From a bacterium (GTDB taxonomy: Bacteria > UBA8248), in the NCBI GenBank assembly GCA_963692865.2, contig OY843592.1:2336001-2400000 (forward strand): a DNA stretch of 64,000 nucleotides. The letters are read 5' to 3'. A program made the position numbers and the translations under genes. The notes below the pieces were generated by a model. The model made no database searches, was not told the origin of the DNA, and saw nothing but the letters and a program-made list of their open reading frames with translations. Shown here in pieces: positions 28,562-39,167 of the stretch (its first letter is position 1; every line of letters starts with the position of its first letter).

Positions 28562-29393
28562 ATCGTACTTGAGCCGCCGCGCGTTCATCGCGCAATCTGC
28601 GATGGCTGCGGCCGCGCTGCTCGCCTTCCCCGGACGGGCGAAGGCGCAGTCGTCTCCCTCCGTGAGCGAGTGGCGAAGGAACCTTTGGCCGCGCTCCTCC
28701 GAGGAGGAAAAGACGTTTCTCCCCGATTTCACGCCGGCCCAACTGCGCTACTCCGGCGGGCGCTGGCGGGAATATCCCACGGCGATGACTTCTTTTCTCG
28801 ATGAGGTGAGAAAGCGCACGAGCATCGAAACCGCACAGGACGCGCAGGCGGTGGACATCTCCTCGCCGGAGATTTTCGAATATCCCTTTCTCTACATGTC
28901 GGGGCGCTACGAATTCGAGATGCCGGACGCAAGGGCGTTAGAGAATCTGAGGCGGCACCTCACCTATGGGGGATTTTTGCTCATCGACGACGGCCTCGGC
29001 CTCGAGGGGGAGGCGTTCGGGGGCGCGGTTGGGGAACTCATGCGTCTGGTCTTTCCCAGGAATTCCTTGGAGGCCCTCCACCGCGAGCACGCCGTTTTCA
29101 AGAGTTATTATCTGATTCGCACCATCGGCGGGCGTCAGGCCGTGAGCCAGGACCTGCTGGGCATCCAGGTTGGCATGTTCACGCCCGTCATCTTCTGCCG
29201 GAACGACTTGGGCGGCGCCTGGGCGAGGGGTCCCGGCGGCGGATGGCTCGAGGAATGCACCCCCGGCGGGGAGCCCCAGCGTCTCGCGGCCTTTCAGCTC
29301 GCCGTCAACATCTCCCTCTACGCGATGACGGGCAACTACAAGCAAGACCTCATCCACCACCCCTTCATCCAGCGCAGGCTGAACCAGGGCTAG
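28545..29393 (+). CDS. DUF4159 domain protein with Tat signal
   Basis: SRRAFIAQ..AKA; YPFLYMSG, LRRHLTYGGFLLIDD, NDLGGAW, VNISLYAMTGNYKQD. Confidence 0.9.
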   Translation: MSTSRESYLSRRAFIAQSAMAAAALLAFPGRAKAQSSPSVSEWRRNLWPRSSEEEKTFLPDFTPAQLRYSGGRWREYPTAMTSFLDEVRKRTSIETAQDAQAVDISSPEIFEYPFLYMSGRYEFEMPDARALENLRRHLTYGGFLLIDDGLGLEGEAFGGAVGELMRLVFPRNSLEALHREHAVFKSYYLIRTIGGRQAVSQDLLGIQVGMFTPVIFCRNDLGGAWARGPGGGWLEECTPGGEPQRLAAFQLAVNISLYAMTGNYKQDLIHHPFIQRRLNQG

Positions 29394-29396
29394 GCG

Positions 29397-31736
29397 ATGG
29401 ACTGGTCTACGCTCCATTGGCCCGGCGGCGCTCCCTGGTGGGTGCTCGTCATCGTTGCGGCCGGGCTGGGCTGGGCGCTCGTGCGCAGGCACCGCGATTT
29501 GACCGAAAAGCTCCCGGCGAGGCGCGTCTGGCTCCTTCAGGGGCTGAGGTTCCTGTTGTATGCGGCGATCGTCTTTTTCCTCTCGGGACCCACGCTCATC
29601 GACAGACGCGAGCGCTCCCTGCCCCCCAGACTGCTCGTTCTACTCGACAGTTCGGCGAGCATGAGCGTTCGGGACGCGAACAGCAAGAAAGCGCGCATTG
29701 ATTTGGCGAAGGATTTTCTGCTCGTCCCGAAAAAACCCGGGAAGTCGCAGTCCCCCGATGAGGGGGAGCAGGAAGATGCGGCCATGAGCCTGCTCGCGGA
29801 ACTCAAAAAGCTCTACGACGTGCAACTCGCCCGCTACGATGCGCGCAGAACCCCCATCGGAGTGCGCGAACTCGAAAAGCTTGAGGCCGCAGGCGTGGCC
29901 AGCGATCCCCTCGGCGCCGTCCGGAGCGCCTTGCGAGGCGCTCGGGAGAAGCGCCCGGCGGGTGAGGGGAAGCCCCGGAAACAGGACGGGCCCCTGGGTA
30001 TCCTGATGCTGTCCGATGGCGGGGACACCACCGAGGCGGCGCTTTCGTCCGGGGACGTGAAATCCTTTCCGCCCCTCATCGGGGTGGGCTTCGGGGCGCC
30101 CGATTCTTTTCGGGACATCGCCATTCAGGACATACAGGCTCCGCGCATCGCCTTTCAGGAAAAGGAGATGAGTCTGGAGGTTACGCTTTCGGTCAAGGGC
30201 TTTTCGGGCCGCAAGCTGCCGGTCGCTCTTACGCGCGAGGGCCGCATCATCAGAACCCGGTCCATCGACGTCAGGCGCAGTCCGTTGCGCCGTCAGGTGA
30301 AATTCCGTTTTACGCCGAGTGAGGTGGGGAGCCAGGTGTTGAGCGTGGTCACGCCCGTTCAGCGCGGCGAAATCGTGGAGTCGAACAACCGCGTGGAGAT
30401 TCCCCTGGAAGTGAGGCGAGACAAGATTCGGGTGCTGACGATCACGGGTTCTCCCACCTGGAACTATCGTTTCTTGCGCATGGCGCTCAAGCGGGACCCC
30501 GCCATCGACCTCGTGTCGTTCGTCTTCCTGAGAACGTCGGAAGACGACCCGGGCGTCCCCACGCGGCATCTGAGCCTCGTGCCGTTCCCGGTGGACAAGC
30601 TGTTTCTGGAGGAACTCAAGAACTTCGAGATCGTGGTTTTCGATAATTTCTCCGCCCAGGAGTATTTCAGCAACTACTACCTCGAGCGCGTGGGAGACTA
30701 CGTTCGAAAAGGCGGGGCGCTGCTCATGTTCGGCGGCAGGCAGTCCTTCAGCGCGGGTGGTTACTACCGCAGCCCCATCGAGGATCTTCTTCCCGTGCGC
30801 TTGCAGCAGGCGAGCGATTATCAGGACCAAAGGCGCCTGCTCGTTCAGCTGACGCCCACGGGCGGCAGGCATCCCATCACGCAACTCTCCTCGGACCTTG
30901 AGGAAAACAAAAATCTTTGGACCTCCCTTCCTCCGTTGAGGCGCGTCAACACGACGACGCCGTTCGGGAAGGGACAGGTTCTCGTTTCCACAAAAGACGG
31001 CAGGGTTCCCCTGCTCGCCACGAAGCGGATCGGCGAGGGGAGGGTGGTGAGTGTTTTCTCGGATGATATCTGGCGATGGAATTTCGGGATGGTGGCGGCG
31101 GAGAAGACGAATCGTCTCTACATCCGTCTGGTGGCGCAGATGATCCGCTGGCTCTCGGGCGACCCCGGAAGCTCCCAGGTCCAGATTCTCCCCGAGGCGG
31201 AGCAGGCCAAGGATGGAGCCTACGTTCTCAGGATGCAGGTGAGGGACGAATCCTACCAGCCGGCCCAGACGGCGCAGGTGCGGATGCAGCTTCGGGATCC
31301 CTATGGCGTCACGAACCATTATCGCGCGGTCTATCGCCCGGATTCCCGCGAATTCGAGGTTCGCTTCCGCCCGCGGGGGAACGGGAGTTATCGCGCGAGA
31401 ATGACGGCCGTCCAGGATGGGCGGGTTATCGGCGAGGCCGTGCGGACGATAGGCATCGGCCGCGAGGCGGGCAAGGCAGAGTGGGCCGACGTCAGCCCGC
31501 GCTGGGAGAACCTGCAAACGCTGGCGAAGCGCACGGGCGGGCTGTTTTTTCGCGCCGACGCGGTGGGGGAGGAGGATTTGACCGCCCGCGTCCTGGAGGC
31601 CTTGAAAGGCAAGGTGCCGCACAAGGTGATGGAAGTGCGCGACGTGCGGCTCTGGAGCATTCCCTGGATCGGGATGATTCTCGTTCTGCTGCCTGCTTTG
31701 GAGTGGACCACCCGGCGGCTTTGGGGATTGGCTTGA
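29397..31736 (+). CDS. Membrane protein with vWA and glutamine-amidotransferase-like domains
   Basis: N- and C-terminal TM segments; LLDSSASMS and SDG (MIDAS); WNYRFLR..LKRDP, VRKGGALLMFGG, IWRW, EWTTRRLWGL. Confidence 0.85.
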   Translation: MDWSTLHWPGGAPWWVLVIVAAGLGWALVRRHRDLTEKLPARRVWLLQGLRFLLYAAIVFFLSGPTLIDRRERSLPPRLLVLLDSSASMSVRDANSKKARIDLAKDFLLVPKKPGKSQSPDEGEQEDAAMSLLAELKKLYDVQLARYDARRTPIGVRELEKLEAAGVASDPLGAVRSALRGAREKRPAGEGKPRKQDGPLGILMLSDGGDTTEAALSSGDVKSFPPLIGVGFGAPDSFRDIAIQDIQAPRIAFQEKEMSLEVTLSVKGFSGRKLPVALTREGRIIRTRSIDVRRSPLRRQVKFRFTPSEVGSQVLSVVTPVQRGEIVESNNRVEIPLEVRRDKIRVLTITGSPTWNYRFLRMALKRDPAIDLVSFVFLRTSEDDPGVPTRHLSLVPFPVDKLFLEELKNFEIVVFDNFSAQEYFSNYYLERVGDYVRKGGALLMFGGRQSFSAGGYYRSPIEDLLPVRLQQASDYQDQRRLLVQLTPTGGRHPITQLSSDLEENKNLWTSLPPLRRVNTTTPFGKGQVLVSTKDGRVPLLATKRIGEGRVVSVFSDDIWRWNFGMVAAEKTNRLYIRLVAQMIRWLSGDPGSSQVQILPEAEQAKDGAYVLRMQVRDESYQPAQTAQVRMQLRDPYGVTNHYRAVYRPDSREFEVRFRPRGNGSYRARMTAVQDGRVIGEAVRTIGIGREAGKAEWADVSPRWENLQTLAKRTGGLFFRADAVGEEDLTARVLEALKGKVPHKVMEVRDVRLWSIPWIGMILVLLPALEWTTRRLWGLA

Positions 31737-31843
31737 GCGCGCCGAATCGGCGCGGTCTTCATGGCGAACGTGCGGTAATGCAAGTCATGTATTACAATTT
31801 CGTTTATGCTCCTCGCCGTTCACTCATGTGAGGGAAACGAGAG

Positions 31844-34800
31844 ATGGCCGAGCAATCATTCAGGAAGATTACCGAGTTTCTCGATTCCGTGATCCGCGCC
31901 CGCCTCAAGGTCCGGCGCCTCGAGGCGGGGATGGTTCTGCTGCTGGGCGTTCTGGCCGTTTTGCTGCTCGCGCCTGCGGTGGTCGTCTCCCAGACCCGCT
32001 TTGGGTATTCCGCCGTCATTTACGCCGGGCTGACGATTCTTCTGCTGGGGGCGGCGCTCATCCGGTGCTGGTGGCTGGCGACCCGCCGTCCGAGGCGCGA
32101 GAGGATTGCCCTCGACATCGAAGAGGCCCACCCGGACCTGGGCAGCAACCTCATCAGTTCGCTGCAGCTTTTCCCGCGCAAGGGAGAGCTGGGCGACGAC
32201 GACCCCACCTCGCCCGCGCTCATCGACGCTCTGGTGAACGACACCCGCCGGGAGGTGGAGCCGCTCGACCCGGAGGCTTACGTCTCACACGCCGGTTTTC
32301 AAAGACTCGGGCGGCTTGCAGGCGTTCTGGCGGTCGCCGTGATGCTCGTGGCGTTTATCTGGCCCGGGCTCTATCCGCGCGCGGGATATCTTCTGGCGAA
32401 CGCGGCGGACCTCATGCCATCGCGCATCACGCACCTGGATATCTGGGCGGAGCGCACGACGGTTCTCCCCGGAATGCCTCTGACGTTCGAGGTGAGGACC
32501 ACGGGTCGTGAGGCGGATTCCGTCGAGTTGGAAGTGCGGCAAGGCGTTCAGTCCGTATCGACCGTGGGCATGGAGAAAACGGCTCCGCACCGTTTCCGCG
32601 CCCGCTGGCCGGCGGCCGGAGCCGATGCGCGCGTCACGGCGCGTACCGGCAGGTTCCGTTCCCGCACGATCGAGGTTCGCGTGGTCGCTCCGCCGAGGGT
32701 GGAATCCATCGAAGTGGTTCAGTATCCGCCCGAGTACACGAAGCTGAAACCCGGGGCCGGGAAAGACGGCGGCCATATCCGCGCCTATATGGGTTCCGAG
32801 GTCCACCTGGCCGTGAAGACGAACAAGCCGGTTCAGGAGGCGCTCATCGCTTTGGCCGACGGCTGGCGGTTGCCGCTCAACCCTTCGGAGAACGGCGATT
32901 CACTGAACGGCAAGATGATCCTGGGCGGCGCGGGCTCCTACCAGGTGCGTCTGAAGGATGCGCACGGGTTCTCGAATCTCGCGCCCCGGCGTTACCAGAT
33001 CGACATCATCCCCGACGCCTATCCCGACGTGATGGTGACGCATCCGGGCAAGGACCTCACGGTGGAGGCCGACGAGCGCGTGACCGTGAAATACCGGGCG
33101 TCCGATGATTTCGGGCTCAAGAACGTGTATCTCGAAGTCAGGCTCGGGAGCGGCCGCCCGAGGAGAATCAAGGTGTGGGGCGGCGAGGCTCCCAAGAAGG
33201 ACGTGCTCGGCCGCTACGAGTTCGACCTGAGATCCATGGGAATCCGCCCGGGGGGAGTCCTCTCCTATCGCTTCATCGCGCCCGACGTGGATACGGTGAG
33301 CGGTCCCAAGACCGGGACGAGCAAGACCTACCGGATCAGTATCCGCGACAGGGAAGCCGTGATGGCCGGTCTGGAGAGGAATCTGGGCGAGATTTCGAAC
33401 GAACTTCTCGACCTGCTGGGCGATTACCTGGAAAAGGATCTGCCGCCGGAAGAAAAGGCGAAGGGGACGAAGGAAACCGGCAGGCCCGCCCGGAAGAGCG
33501 GCGCCATCGAGGCGAAGGCCGCCGGAATCCTGGAGCGCATCAAGCGGACGAGAGCGATGCTCAGGCCCAAGAATCCGCGCGAGACGCTCTCCGACATGGA
33601 TTTGTCCACCCTGGAGCGGCAACTGCGGGATGCGATTTCGCAATACCTCAAACCCCTCTCGCGGTTGTCGAAACTGGGCGAGAACGCGAAAGGTGAGAGG
33701 GAAAAGCTGAACCGCGAGATAGCCGCCCGCCAGGAGGAGGCGACGGAGACGCTCGAGCGCCTCGCCACGATGGGTGAGGAAATCCAGCGCAACGTCCGGG
33801 TGGACAGGGCGGGCCGCACGACGGAATCGATGATCCAGAAACAAAGGGCCATTGAACAGGCGCTGGAGAAAATGCGCAATATGGGCGCGGACGAAGAAGC
33901 GCTCCGGCGGGTGGAGAAGGAACTGGGAAAACTCAGGGAGCAGTTGGGCGAGCTGATGCGGCAGATGGCTTCGCTGGCCCAGCGCATGCCCGCGGAGTTC
34001 ATGAACCAGCGCAGCATGCGCGAGATGCCCATGCAGAACATGATGCGCGCCTTCGAGCGGATTCGCGAGATGATGCGCCGCAACAATTTCCAGGGCGCGC
34101 TGGAGGAACTCAGGCGCCTGATGAGCCAGTTGCAGAGGATGCGCATGGCGCTGCGCGGCATGCAGCGCCGACAGATGATGAGCCAGCGCGGGGGCAGGCC
34201 CATCAGGCGTCAGCAAAGCGAACTGGCCAAAATCGTGGAGGATCAGCAGGCCATACTCGGCGAGACGGTGGGCGTGCTGGAGAACGTGGTGGACCGCCTC
34301 GATAAGAAATGGCCCGAGGACGTCGCCGCCGTATCGCGGAGCGCTCGGGCGTATTGGACGGCTGGAAGCGATTCGGCCGCAAAGCCGCTCCCGCCCGGTT
34401 GTTTCGCGGAGGCCGAACCTGTGAAGAAGGCCGAGCCGGCGGAGCCGGAGATTTCGATGCTGGGCCGGCCCGAAGCGGAGAAGAAACTCTCCCCGAAGGA
34501 GCGCGCCGAGAAAATCCAGCGCGAGAAGATGCGGGCGCTCTCCGAATTCGACGCTATGCTCAAGAAAGGGGAGTGGGGAATCGTCTTCCAGAGGCTGCCG
34601 GAGTGGGCGGCCACGCTCGCGGAATCGCCCTGCGCCGCTCCCGCGCAAACGGCGAAAAAGGATGAGGACGCCGGGGCGGCGAACAGCAAGGTGGGCGCGC
34701 AGGAAGCGGCGAAGGGTTTGAAAGACTCCGTCGCCGCGGCCTTGGAGGGGGGAGCGCCGAAGACCGCGGAAGGCGGCGAAACCGCGCCCTGGAAAAAGTT

Positions 34801-35434
34801 GGTCGAGAATCTCGAGGGGCTTCTGGAGAAATCCGAAAAAGAGGCAGGCGGCACGGAAATCGCGAAGCTGGACGGCCTGGGCCAAAGGCAGGCAGACCTG
34901 CGCAAGCGCCTGGGGGTCTTCGAGCGGCACTTGCGCCGGATGATGCAGGTGTATCCGTTCATCAACCCGAGCATCCTGCGCAGAATCACCGAGGCGGGAG
35001 AGGCGATGGAACAGGCCGCCGCCGCCTTGGCGAAGCGCAGCTCCTCCCGCGCGGTGCCCCCCGAGGAGGAGGCGATACGCAAGCTCGCCGAGGGGCAGAA
35101 CTCCATGCAGCAGGCCATGCAGCAGATGGCCCAGCGGGGCAGCGTGGGAATGGGAACGCCCCGGGGGTTCGGCGCCTTGGGGCCGGGCATGGGCGGGAAC
35201 AGGCCCTGGTGGTCGAGGAACCCGAATTTTCCCCAGCCGCGCGGCTCGAACCAGCGGGGACGGGAGGAGGACGGGAATCTCGGCACCCAGTTCAGCGAGG
35301 TTCTCATACCCGACCGGGAGCAGTACAAGGTGCCCGCCAAGTATCGCGAGGAGATCATGGAGGCCATGAAGGACGGCCTGCCGGGCGGGATGCGCGGCGA
35401 AATCGAGGACTATTTCGACAGGCTGACCAAATGA
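31844..35434 (+). CDS. DUF4175-like large membrane-anchored Ig/coiled-coil protein
   Basis: Three N-terminal TM segments, PPEYT, IIPDAYP, ASDDFGL, long M/Q/R-rich helical region, C-terminal IEDYFDRL. Confidence 0.8.
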   Translation: MAEQSFRKITEFLDSVIRARLKVRRLEAGMVLLLGVLAVLLLAPAVVVSQTRFGYSAVIYAGLTILLLGAALIRCWWLATRRPRRERIALDIEEAHPDLGSNLISSLQLFPRKGELGDDDPTSPALIDALVNDTRREVEPLDPEAYVSHAGFQRLGRLAGVLAVAVMLVAFIWPGLYPRAGYLLANAADLMPSRITHLDIWAERTTVLPGMPLTFEVRTTGREADSVELEVRQGVQSVSTVGMEKTAPHRFRARWPAAGADARVTARTGRFRSRTIEVRVVAPPRVESIEVVQYPPEYTKLKPGAGKDGGHIRAYMGSEVHLAVKTNKPVQEALIALADGWRLPLNPSENGDSLNGKMILGGAGSYQVRLKDAHGFSNLAPRRYQIDIIPDAYPDVMVTHPGKDLTVEADERVTVKYRASDDFGLKNVYLEVRLGSGRPRRIKVWGGEAPKKDVLGRYEFDLRSMGIRPGGVLSYRFIAPDVDTVSGPKTGTSKTYRISIRDREAVMAGLERNLGEISNELLDLLGDYLEKDLPPEEKAKGTKETGRPARKSGAIEAKAAGILERIKRTRAMLRPKNPRETLSDMDLSTLERQLRDAISQYLKPLSRLSKLGENAKGEREKLNREIAARQEEATETLERLATMGEEIQRNVRVDRAGRTTESMIQKQRAIEQALEKMRNMGADEEALRRVEKELGKLREQLGELMRQMASLAQRMPAEFMNQRSMREMPMQNMMRAFERIREMMRRNNFQGALEELRRLMSQLQRMRMALRGMQRRQMMSQRGGRPIRRQQSELAKIVEDQQAILGETVGVLENVVDRLDKKWPEDVAAVSRSARAYWTAGSDSAAKPLPPGCFAEAEPVKKAEPAEPEISMLGRPEAEKKLSPKERAEKIQREKMRALSEFDAMLKKGEWGIVFQRLPEWAATLAESPCAAPAQTAKKDEDAGAANSKVGAQEAAKGLKDSVAAALEGGAPKTAEGGETAPWKKLVENLEGLLEKSEKEAGGTEIAKLDGLGQRQADLRKRLGVFERHLRRMMQVYPFINPSILRRITEAGEAMEQAAAALAKRSSSRAVPPEEEAIRKLAEGQNSMQQAMQQMAQRGSVGMGTPRGFGALGPGMGGNRPWWSRNPNFPQPRGSNQRGREEDGNLGTQFSEVLIPDREQYKVPAKYREEIMEAMKDGLPGGMRGEIEDYFDRLTK

Positions 35435-37152
35435 TGGCGAAAAAATTTCTCGCAGGCTTCATTTGCGCTTTTCTGAGCGCGGCGCTCGCTCCGCCCGCAG
35501 GGGCGCATACCGTCAATCGCGCGGCGCCTCTCTCGCGAGCCGTTGAGCGGCCCGACGGCTACCGCGCGGTGGTGGATGAGCTTCGGGCCTGGAATCTGGC
35601 GGGGGCCAGAAAGAAAATCGAAGCGTATGAGGCCGGAACCCCCGGCCTGGCCGAATGGCGGGCGCTCTCGGGGGCAGCGGATTACCTGGAGGGCAGATAC
35701 GCCGAGTCGCTCGCCAATCTCAACGCGGCGCTCAAGAGAAAACCCGGGGACAGCGAATGGCTCGAACTGAGGCTCCACGTGCGCCAGACGCAAACGGCGC
35801 TCAAGGGGTTCAAGGCGCACAAGACGGCGCATTTCGACATCTGGTACGAACCGGGCGAAGACGCCGTCCTGCTGCCCTATCTGGGCGAGGCGCTGGAGAA
35901 GGCCTATGCGCGCTACGGCGAAGAATTGGGCGTGCGCCCCGCGCAGCGAATTCGCGTGGAGCTTTTCTCGGATACGGCCCGCTTCCATCGCTCGTCCACG
36001 CTGTCGAGGCGCGACATCGAGGAGAAGGGCGCGGTCGGGGTCTGCAAGTTCAACAAGGTGATGTTTCTCTCCCCCGGCGCGCTCCTTCGGGGCTATCGCT
36101 GGCTCGACACCGCGGCGCACGAATACGTCCACTACCTCGTCGTGCTGGCCACGAAGAACCGCGCCCCCATCTGGCTTCACGAGGGAATCGCCAAGTACCT
36201 GGAGAAAAAATGGCGAGGCGGGGAAACCGGCTTCCTCCACCCGGGCGAGGAAGCCTTGCTGTACAGGGCGAGAGAGACGAACAACTACGTCCCCTTCAAG
36301 AAGATGGAGCCGAGCCTCATCTATCTCGATACGCCGCAGGAGATACACCTCGCCTATGCGGAGGCGGCTTCGGCCGTGGATTTCATCCGCCGCGAAATGG
36401 GCGAAAACGGACTGACCCGCCTGCTGGCCGGCATCCGGGACGCCTCGCCCGCGCCGGTAACGCAGGGGCCGCCCGCGCCCGGAGAGGAGAACCCCGGGAT
36501 GCGCCGTCAAAGGCGGGCGAGCCTCGTCGAACTCGAATCCACCGGTCCGCCGCAAAGCGCGGAGGCCGGGCTTCGGCTTCTCGCCGGAGTAGACCTGGGC
36601 GGGTTCGAGAAGCTCTGGATAGAAGACCTCAAAACGCTCCCCCTTCGCGCGCGCGGGGGGGCACAGGTCACCATGCCGAAGCTCAAGCCCAAAGGGCCGC
36701 TGAGCGAGCGTTCTATCGACCTGGCCGCGCTCAAGAGCGCCGTGGCCAGAAGGCGCATGCGGCTGGGCGACAGGCTCTCGTTCCGGGGAAGAATGCGGGC
36801 GGCGCTGATCGAATACCGCCGCGCCCTGCGCGATGAGCCGCACTCCCAGCCCCTCCTCAACCGCGCGGCCCAGATCGAGATACGTCTGGGGATGATCCCC
36901 CAGGCCGAGCAACACATTCAAAAAGCGCTGGCGGTGGACCCGGACTACGCGATGACGCACGTTCACCGTGCGCTGGCGAGCGAGATGGCCGGGAAGGCGC
37001 AGCGCGCCCTCGGGGCGTGGGAGGAGGTGTTGCAGATCAATCCCTTCATTCGATTGGTTCACGAGCGCCTGCTGGCGCATTACGAAAGAACGGGCGAGAC
37101 GGAAAAGGCGAAGCGCGAGCGCGAAGCCCTTCGCCTCATGTCTGCCCGTTGA
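35431..37152 (+). CDS. Exported peptidase MA (gluzincin-like) + TPR protein
   Basis: Signal peptide; HEYVH..PIWLHEGIA; TPR-like helices at both ends; start overlaps the previous stop. Confidence 0.88.
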   Translation: MMAKKFLAGFICAFLSAALAPPAGAHTVNRAAPLSRAVERPDGYRAVVDELRAWNLAGARKKIEAYEAGTPGLAEWRALSGAADYLEGRYAESLANLNAALKRKPGDSEWLELRLHVRQTQTALKGFKAHKTAHFDIWYEPGEDAVLLPYLGEALEKAYARYGEELGVRPAQRIRVELFSDTARFHRSSTLSRRDIEEKGAVGVCKFNKVMFLSPGALLRGYRWLDTAAHEYVHYLVVLATKNRAPIWLHEGIAKYLEKKWRGGETGFLHPGEEALLYRARETNNYVPFKKMEPSLIYLDTPQEIHLAYAEAASAVDFIRREMGENGLTRLLAGIRDASPAPVTQGPPAPGEENPGMRRQRRASLVELESTGPPQSAEAGLRLLAGVDLGGFEKLWIEDLKTLPLRARGGAQVTMPKLKPKGPLSERSIDLAALKSAVARRRMRLGDRLSFRGRMRAALIEYRRALRDEPHSQPLLNRAAQIEIRLGMIPQAEQHIQKALAVDPDYAMTHVHRALASEMAGKAQRALGAWEEVLQINPFIRLVHERLLAHYERTGETEKAKREREALRLMSAR

Positions 37153-37167
37153 CTCCCTCGAAAGGCG

Positions 37168-38226
37168 ATGCGAATGGACGACGTAACGAGCAGCGTGGGA
37201 AACGAAGAATCGGGCATGAACGAGGTGGACGTGGAGGTGGCGCGCGAGATAGGCGTGAAGCGCGACGCCATTCTTGAGCAGGTGCACAAGATCATCGTCG
37301 GGCAGGCGGAGGTCATCGATCTCGTCCTGATAGCCCTGCTGTCGAAAGGCCACTGTCTTCTGGTCGGCGTGCCGGGTCTGGCGAAAACCCTGCTCATACG
37401 CACCCTGGCGCGCGTGCTGCAACTCGACTTCAACCGAATCCAGTTCACGCCCGATCTGATGCCGTCCGACATCACGGGCACGGACATACTGGACGACACC
37501 ACGGAAGGGAGGCGCTCGTTCCGCTTCATTCGAGGGCCCATATTCACCCAGATACTGCTGGCGGACGAGATCAACCGCACGTCTCCCAAGACGCAGGCGG
37601 CTCTGCTCCAGGCCATGCAGGAATTGCACGTGACGGCCGGCGGGCAGGCGCACTACCTGAACCCGCCGTTTTTCGTCCTCGCGACCCAGAATCCCGTAGA
37701 GCAGGAGGGCACGTATCCGCTGCCCGAAGCGCAACTGGACAGGTTCATGTTCGAGATCGGCGTGTCGTATCCCAGCCTCGCCGAGGAGAAGGAGATCGTC
37801 GCGCAGACGACCTCGAACTACGACCCCAAGCTCGAAGAGATCATGGACAACGAGCAGATTCTGGCGTTTCAGGAACTGGTCCGCCGCGTGCCTGCGGCTC
37901 CCTACGTGGTGGAGTACGCGGTCTCGCTCGCGCGCGCATCCCGTCCCGACGATGAAAGCGCTCCGGAATTCGTCCGCAATTACGTGGAATGGGGCGCGGG
38001 GCCGAGGGCGAGCCAATACCTGATTCTGGGAGCGCGGGCGCGGGCGCTTCTCCGGGGACGCTACGCCGCCACCATCGAGGACGTTCGGGCGCTGGCCGAA
38101 CCCGTGCTGCGCCACCGGATTCTGGTGAACTTCCGGGGCCAGGCGGAAGGCCACGACTCCGTCTCGCTGATACGGCAACTGCTCGAAACCATCGCGCCCC
38201 CGGCGGAGGCCACCGAAGCCGCGTAG
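37168..38226 (+). CDS. moxR: MoxR family AAA+ ATPase
   Basis: [50 protein letters not shown]. Confidence 0.97.
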   Translation: MRMDDVTSSVGNEESGMNEVDVEVAREIGVKRDAILEQVHKIIVGQAEVIDLVLIALLSKGHCLLVGVPGLAKTLLIRTLARVLQLDFNRIQFTPDLMPSDITGTDILDDTTEGRRSFRFIRGPIFTQILLADEINRTSPKTQAALLQAMQELHVTAGGQAHYLNPPFFVLATQNPVEQEGTYPLPEAQLDRFMFEIGVSYPSLAEEKEIVAQTTSNYDPKLEEIMDNEQILAFQELVRRVPAAPYVVEYAVSLARASRPDDESAPEFVRNYVEWGAGPRASQYLILGARARALLRGRYAATIEDVRALAEPVLRHRILVNFRGQAEGHDSVSLIRQLLETIAPPAEATEAA

Positions 38227-38249
38227 ACGCCTGCTCAAAGGGGACCGCC

Positions 38250-39143
38250 TTGAACTCGGATCGGTATTTCGACCCCCTCGTCATCTCAAGACTCTCCAAC
38301 CTCCAGTTGCGCGCCCGTCACGTGGTCGAGGGCCTGATGAGCGGCGTGCACAGGAGCCGTTCGCGGGGCTTCAGCGTCGATTTCGAAGAACACAGGGCGT
38401 ACAGCCCGGGCGACGAACTCCGGCACATCGACTGGAAGGCCTACGGAAAATTCGACCGCTACCTCGTGAAGCAATACGAGGACGAGACGAACCTCTACGC
38501 GCATCTCGTCGTCGACGCGAGCGCCTCGATGGATTTCGGCGAAGGCTCCCTGAGCAAGTGGGCGTATGCGGCCACGCTTTCTTCGGCGATGGCGCATCTG
38601 CTGCTGGGCCAGTCCGACTCGGTGGGCCTGGTGGTTTCCCATGAGGCCGAGGACGCGCAGGTTCCGCCCAAATCCATCAGAAAGCACCTGTTGACGCTGT
38701 TGGCGGGCCTCCAGGCGGCCACGCCCGGCGGGGGAACCGGAATCGCCCGTACGATGCTCGCGCTGGCGGAACGCCTGAAGCGAAGGGGGCTCGTCGTCGT
38801 CGTTTCCGATTTGCTCGATGACCCCGAAGCCGTGGAAAAAGCGCTCAAATTGCTGTGCCTCAAGGGAAACGACGTCATTGTCTTCCAGGTTCTCGACGGC
38901 GTGGAACTCGATTTTCCCTTCGAGGGTCTCGCCAGGATGGACGACGTCGAGACGGACAGGAACATCACCGTGGAGTGCGAGGTGGTGAAGAAACCCTACC
39001 TCGGGCTTTTGGAGGAATTTCTCGCTCAAACGCGCGAGCGGTGCGCGGACTTAGGGGTGGACTATCATCTCGTCTCGACGGCCGAGCCGCTGGACAGGAG
39101 CCTCATCCGCTTTCTGGCGTGGCGCAGCCGCTCGAAGGTGTAA
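38250..39143 (+). CDS. DUF58 (vWA-type) protein
   Basis: GVHRS..GFSVDFEEHRAYSPGDELRHIDWK, VDASASM, VSDLL; TTG start at 38250. Confidence 0.93.
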   Translation: MNSDRYFDPLVISRLSNLQLRARHVVEGLMSGVHRSRSRGFSVDFEEHRAYSPGDELRHIDWKAYGKFDRYLVKQYEDETNLYAHLVVDASASMDFGEGSLSKWAYAATLSSAMAHLLLGQSDSVGLVVSHEAEDAQVPPKSIRKHLLTLLAGLQAATPGGGTGIARTMLALAERLKRRGLVVVVSDLLDDPEAVEKALKLLCLKGNDVIVFQVLDGVELDFPFEGLARMDDVETDRNITVECEVVKKPYLGLLEEFLAQTRERCADLGVDYHLVSTAEPLDRSLIRFLAWRSRSKV

Positions 39144-39167
39144 CGAGGTTTTCGGGGAGAAGGGGAC